A stretch of DNA of 32,285 nt from Malassezia furfur (Eukaryota). The notes under the pieces were generated by a model that saw nothing but the letters and a program-made list of their open reading frames with translations, was not told the origin of the DNA and did no database searches. Below are positions 31,023 through 32,285 of the stretch, one piece after another; the first letter of the stretch is position 1, and every line of letters begins with the position of its first letter. The DNA is taken from the NCBI GenBank assembly GCA_052055015.1, contig JBQJIT010000085.1. One strand, 5' to 3'. The position numbers and the translations under genes were made by a program.

Positions 31023-31149
31023 GCCAAGCCTTAAAGGACGCGCGGACGAACGTTGCGGCGCAATTTTATTTTGGGATTTGCGATTGCCCAATCATTCGGC
31101 GCACGCATTGACGGGCACACGCCAAGACGCTTCTTCCACTCTAGCAGCC

Positions 31150-31798
31150 ATGAACCAACTCCTGATGCTTTTCCAGCGCCACAAGCGCCAGATCATGCGC
31201 TACGGCCGTATGGTATGTCGGCATGAAACTCACGCAGCTTCTTCAGCGCCTTAGCGGCCGTCGCACCAGCGCCGGTATGGGTGCCGGCATGGGCGCCGGT
31301 ATGGGCGGCGGCATGGGCTCCGGTATGGGCGGAGGCATGGGCTCCAGCGGCATGATGGGCGGAAGCAGCATGATGGGCTCTGGCGGCATGGGCTCTGGTG
31401 GTATGGGCGCCAGCGGCATGGGCTCTGGCGGCGGCGGTCTCAGCAACATGGTTAACAGTGTCCTGGGCGGCAGCAGCCACCACAACAGCGGCATGGGCGG
31501 CGGTATGGGCTCTGGCATGGGCGGCGGCCACCATGGCGGTATGGGTGGTATGAGCAGCGGCGGCATGGGTGGCATGGGCGGTGGCCATCATGGCGGCATG
31601 GGCGGCGGCAACATGGGCGGTAGTGGAATGAGTATGATGGGCGGCGGCGGCCACCACGGTGGCCACCATGGCGGCGGCATGGGCGGCATGGGCGGCGGCT
31701 ATGGCGGCGGCTATGGCGGCGGAGGTATGAGTGGTGGCATGGGTGGCGGTGGCTACAACAGTGGCTACGGCGGCGGCGGTGGCTACAACAACTACTAA
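31150..31798 (+). CDS. Orphan Gly/Met-rich low-complexity protein, ~207 aa
   Basis: Exon 31150-31212 (MNQLLMLFQRHKRQIMRYGRM), intron 31213-31237 (25 nt, GTATGT...CTCAC.GCAG), exon 31238-31798. Third codon positions vary among the repeats, as expected for coding sequence. Confidence 0.75.
31271..31795 (+). repeat. Degenerate coding tandem repeats (GGC/ATG-rich; GMG[AGS], GGHH and GGY units)
   Basis: Repeated ggcatgggc / ggtatgggc / ggcggctat units. Confidence 0.85.
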
Positions 31799-31869
31799 TT
31801 GCCCACCACCGTATCGACTTCCGTGACTCGCTAATCCCGCATCAATGTACATCATAACTGCGAATACAA

Positions 31870-32271
31870 CTACATGTCCATGTCCATGGCGTACGCTTCG
31901 TGCGACGCGGTCACGCGCGGCGCGGGGGGCTTTGTATCATGTTCCTTGCGAATCTCTTCCTCTAATAGCAACATTTGATCGATGTCAGGCTCACCGAGTG
32001 CCTTGGCCCCCTCTTGTTCGTACATTTCCCGGGTCCGCTCGTATTCCTCGCGAAGAATTTGCCCGATGATGTCTTCACTCAACGCCGGCGTCTGATGAAC
32101 TTCAGCGTGCACGGCGTCGGCCCACCAAGTGGATGGTGGCGCACGAGCGTTGGCCACCGCCTGGGCCCTACGCTGACCGCGCTCCAGCTCCAGTTGCGCA
32201 CGGCACCGCTCCCGCAGGCGTGCGCGGACTGCCGCCGTGTCCGTACCGCCCTTGTGCACGCGCCGCGACAT
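31870..32271 (-). CDS. Small hypothetical protein, 133 aa; weak resemblance to the RPA-interacting protein N-terminal region
   Basis: ATG-initiated ORF filling the gap; helical basic N-terminus (RARLRERCRAQL) and acidic helices (ILREEYER, LLLEEEIRKE). The family call is weak. Confidence 0.55.
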   Translation of the reverse strand: MSRRVHKGGTDTAAVRARLRERCRAQLELERGQRRAQAVANARAPPSTWWADAVHAEVHQTPALSEDIIGQILREEYERTREMYEQEGAKALGEPDIDQMLLLEEEIRKEHDTKPPAPRVTASHEAYAMDMDM

Positions 32272-32285
32272 GCATGCCGGAGGCA

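Noticed and set aside
31193..31855. Ala/His-rich and Pro/Met-rich antisense ORFs
   Set aside because: Mirror frames of the Gly/Met repeats; the plus strand has the intron-supported gene model.
1..32285. CRISPR arrays, transposons, rRNA/tRNA, centromere, secondary-metabolite cluster
   Set aside because: No repeat-spacer pattern, transposase/RT motifs, RNA gene signatures, long AT-rich trough or biosynthetic backbone gene seen; neighbours are mostly unrelated housekeeping genes.

Overview
Eukaryotic (fungal) genomic DNA: GC-rich, extremely gene-dense, with tiny spliceosomal introns. This fits a Malassezia-like basidiomycete yeast (inferred, not proven). It holds about 15 complete genes plus a probable gene start at the left edge: Csm1/Pcs1-like monopolin subunit, two tandem full-size PDR/ABCG efflux pumps, a syntaxin-6/Tlg1-like SNARE, UGGT/Kre5, a TMEM41/DedA-family protein, Iba57/Caf17, an LtrA-family membrane protein, a 5'-nucleotidase, a mitochondrial two-HMG-box protein, phosphoglucose isomerase, a KHDC4/Blom7-like KH protein, an Rrn9-like protein, an orphan Gly/Met-rich protein and a small hypothetical protein. 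I reconstructed 16 introns by hand (22-35 nt, median 23); none has its predicted branch A closer than +17 to the donor. Other notable signals are a 238-bp identical tract shared by the two diverged ABC paralogs, PDRE-like elements upstream of both pumps, CACGTG boxes in most of the very short divergent promoters, and 12-31 bp gaps between convergent stop codons. No RNA genes, mobile elements or CRISPR arrays were recognised.
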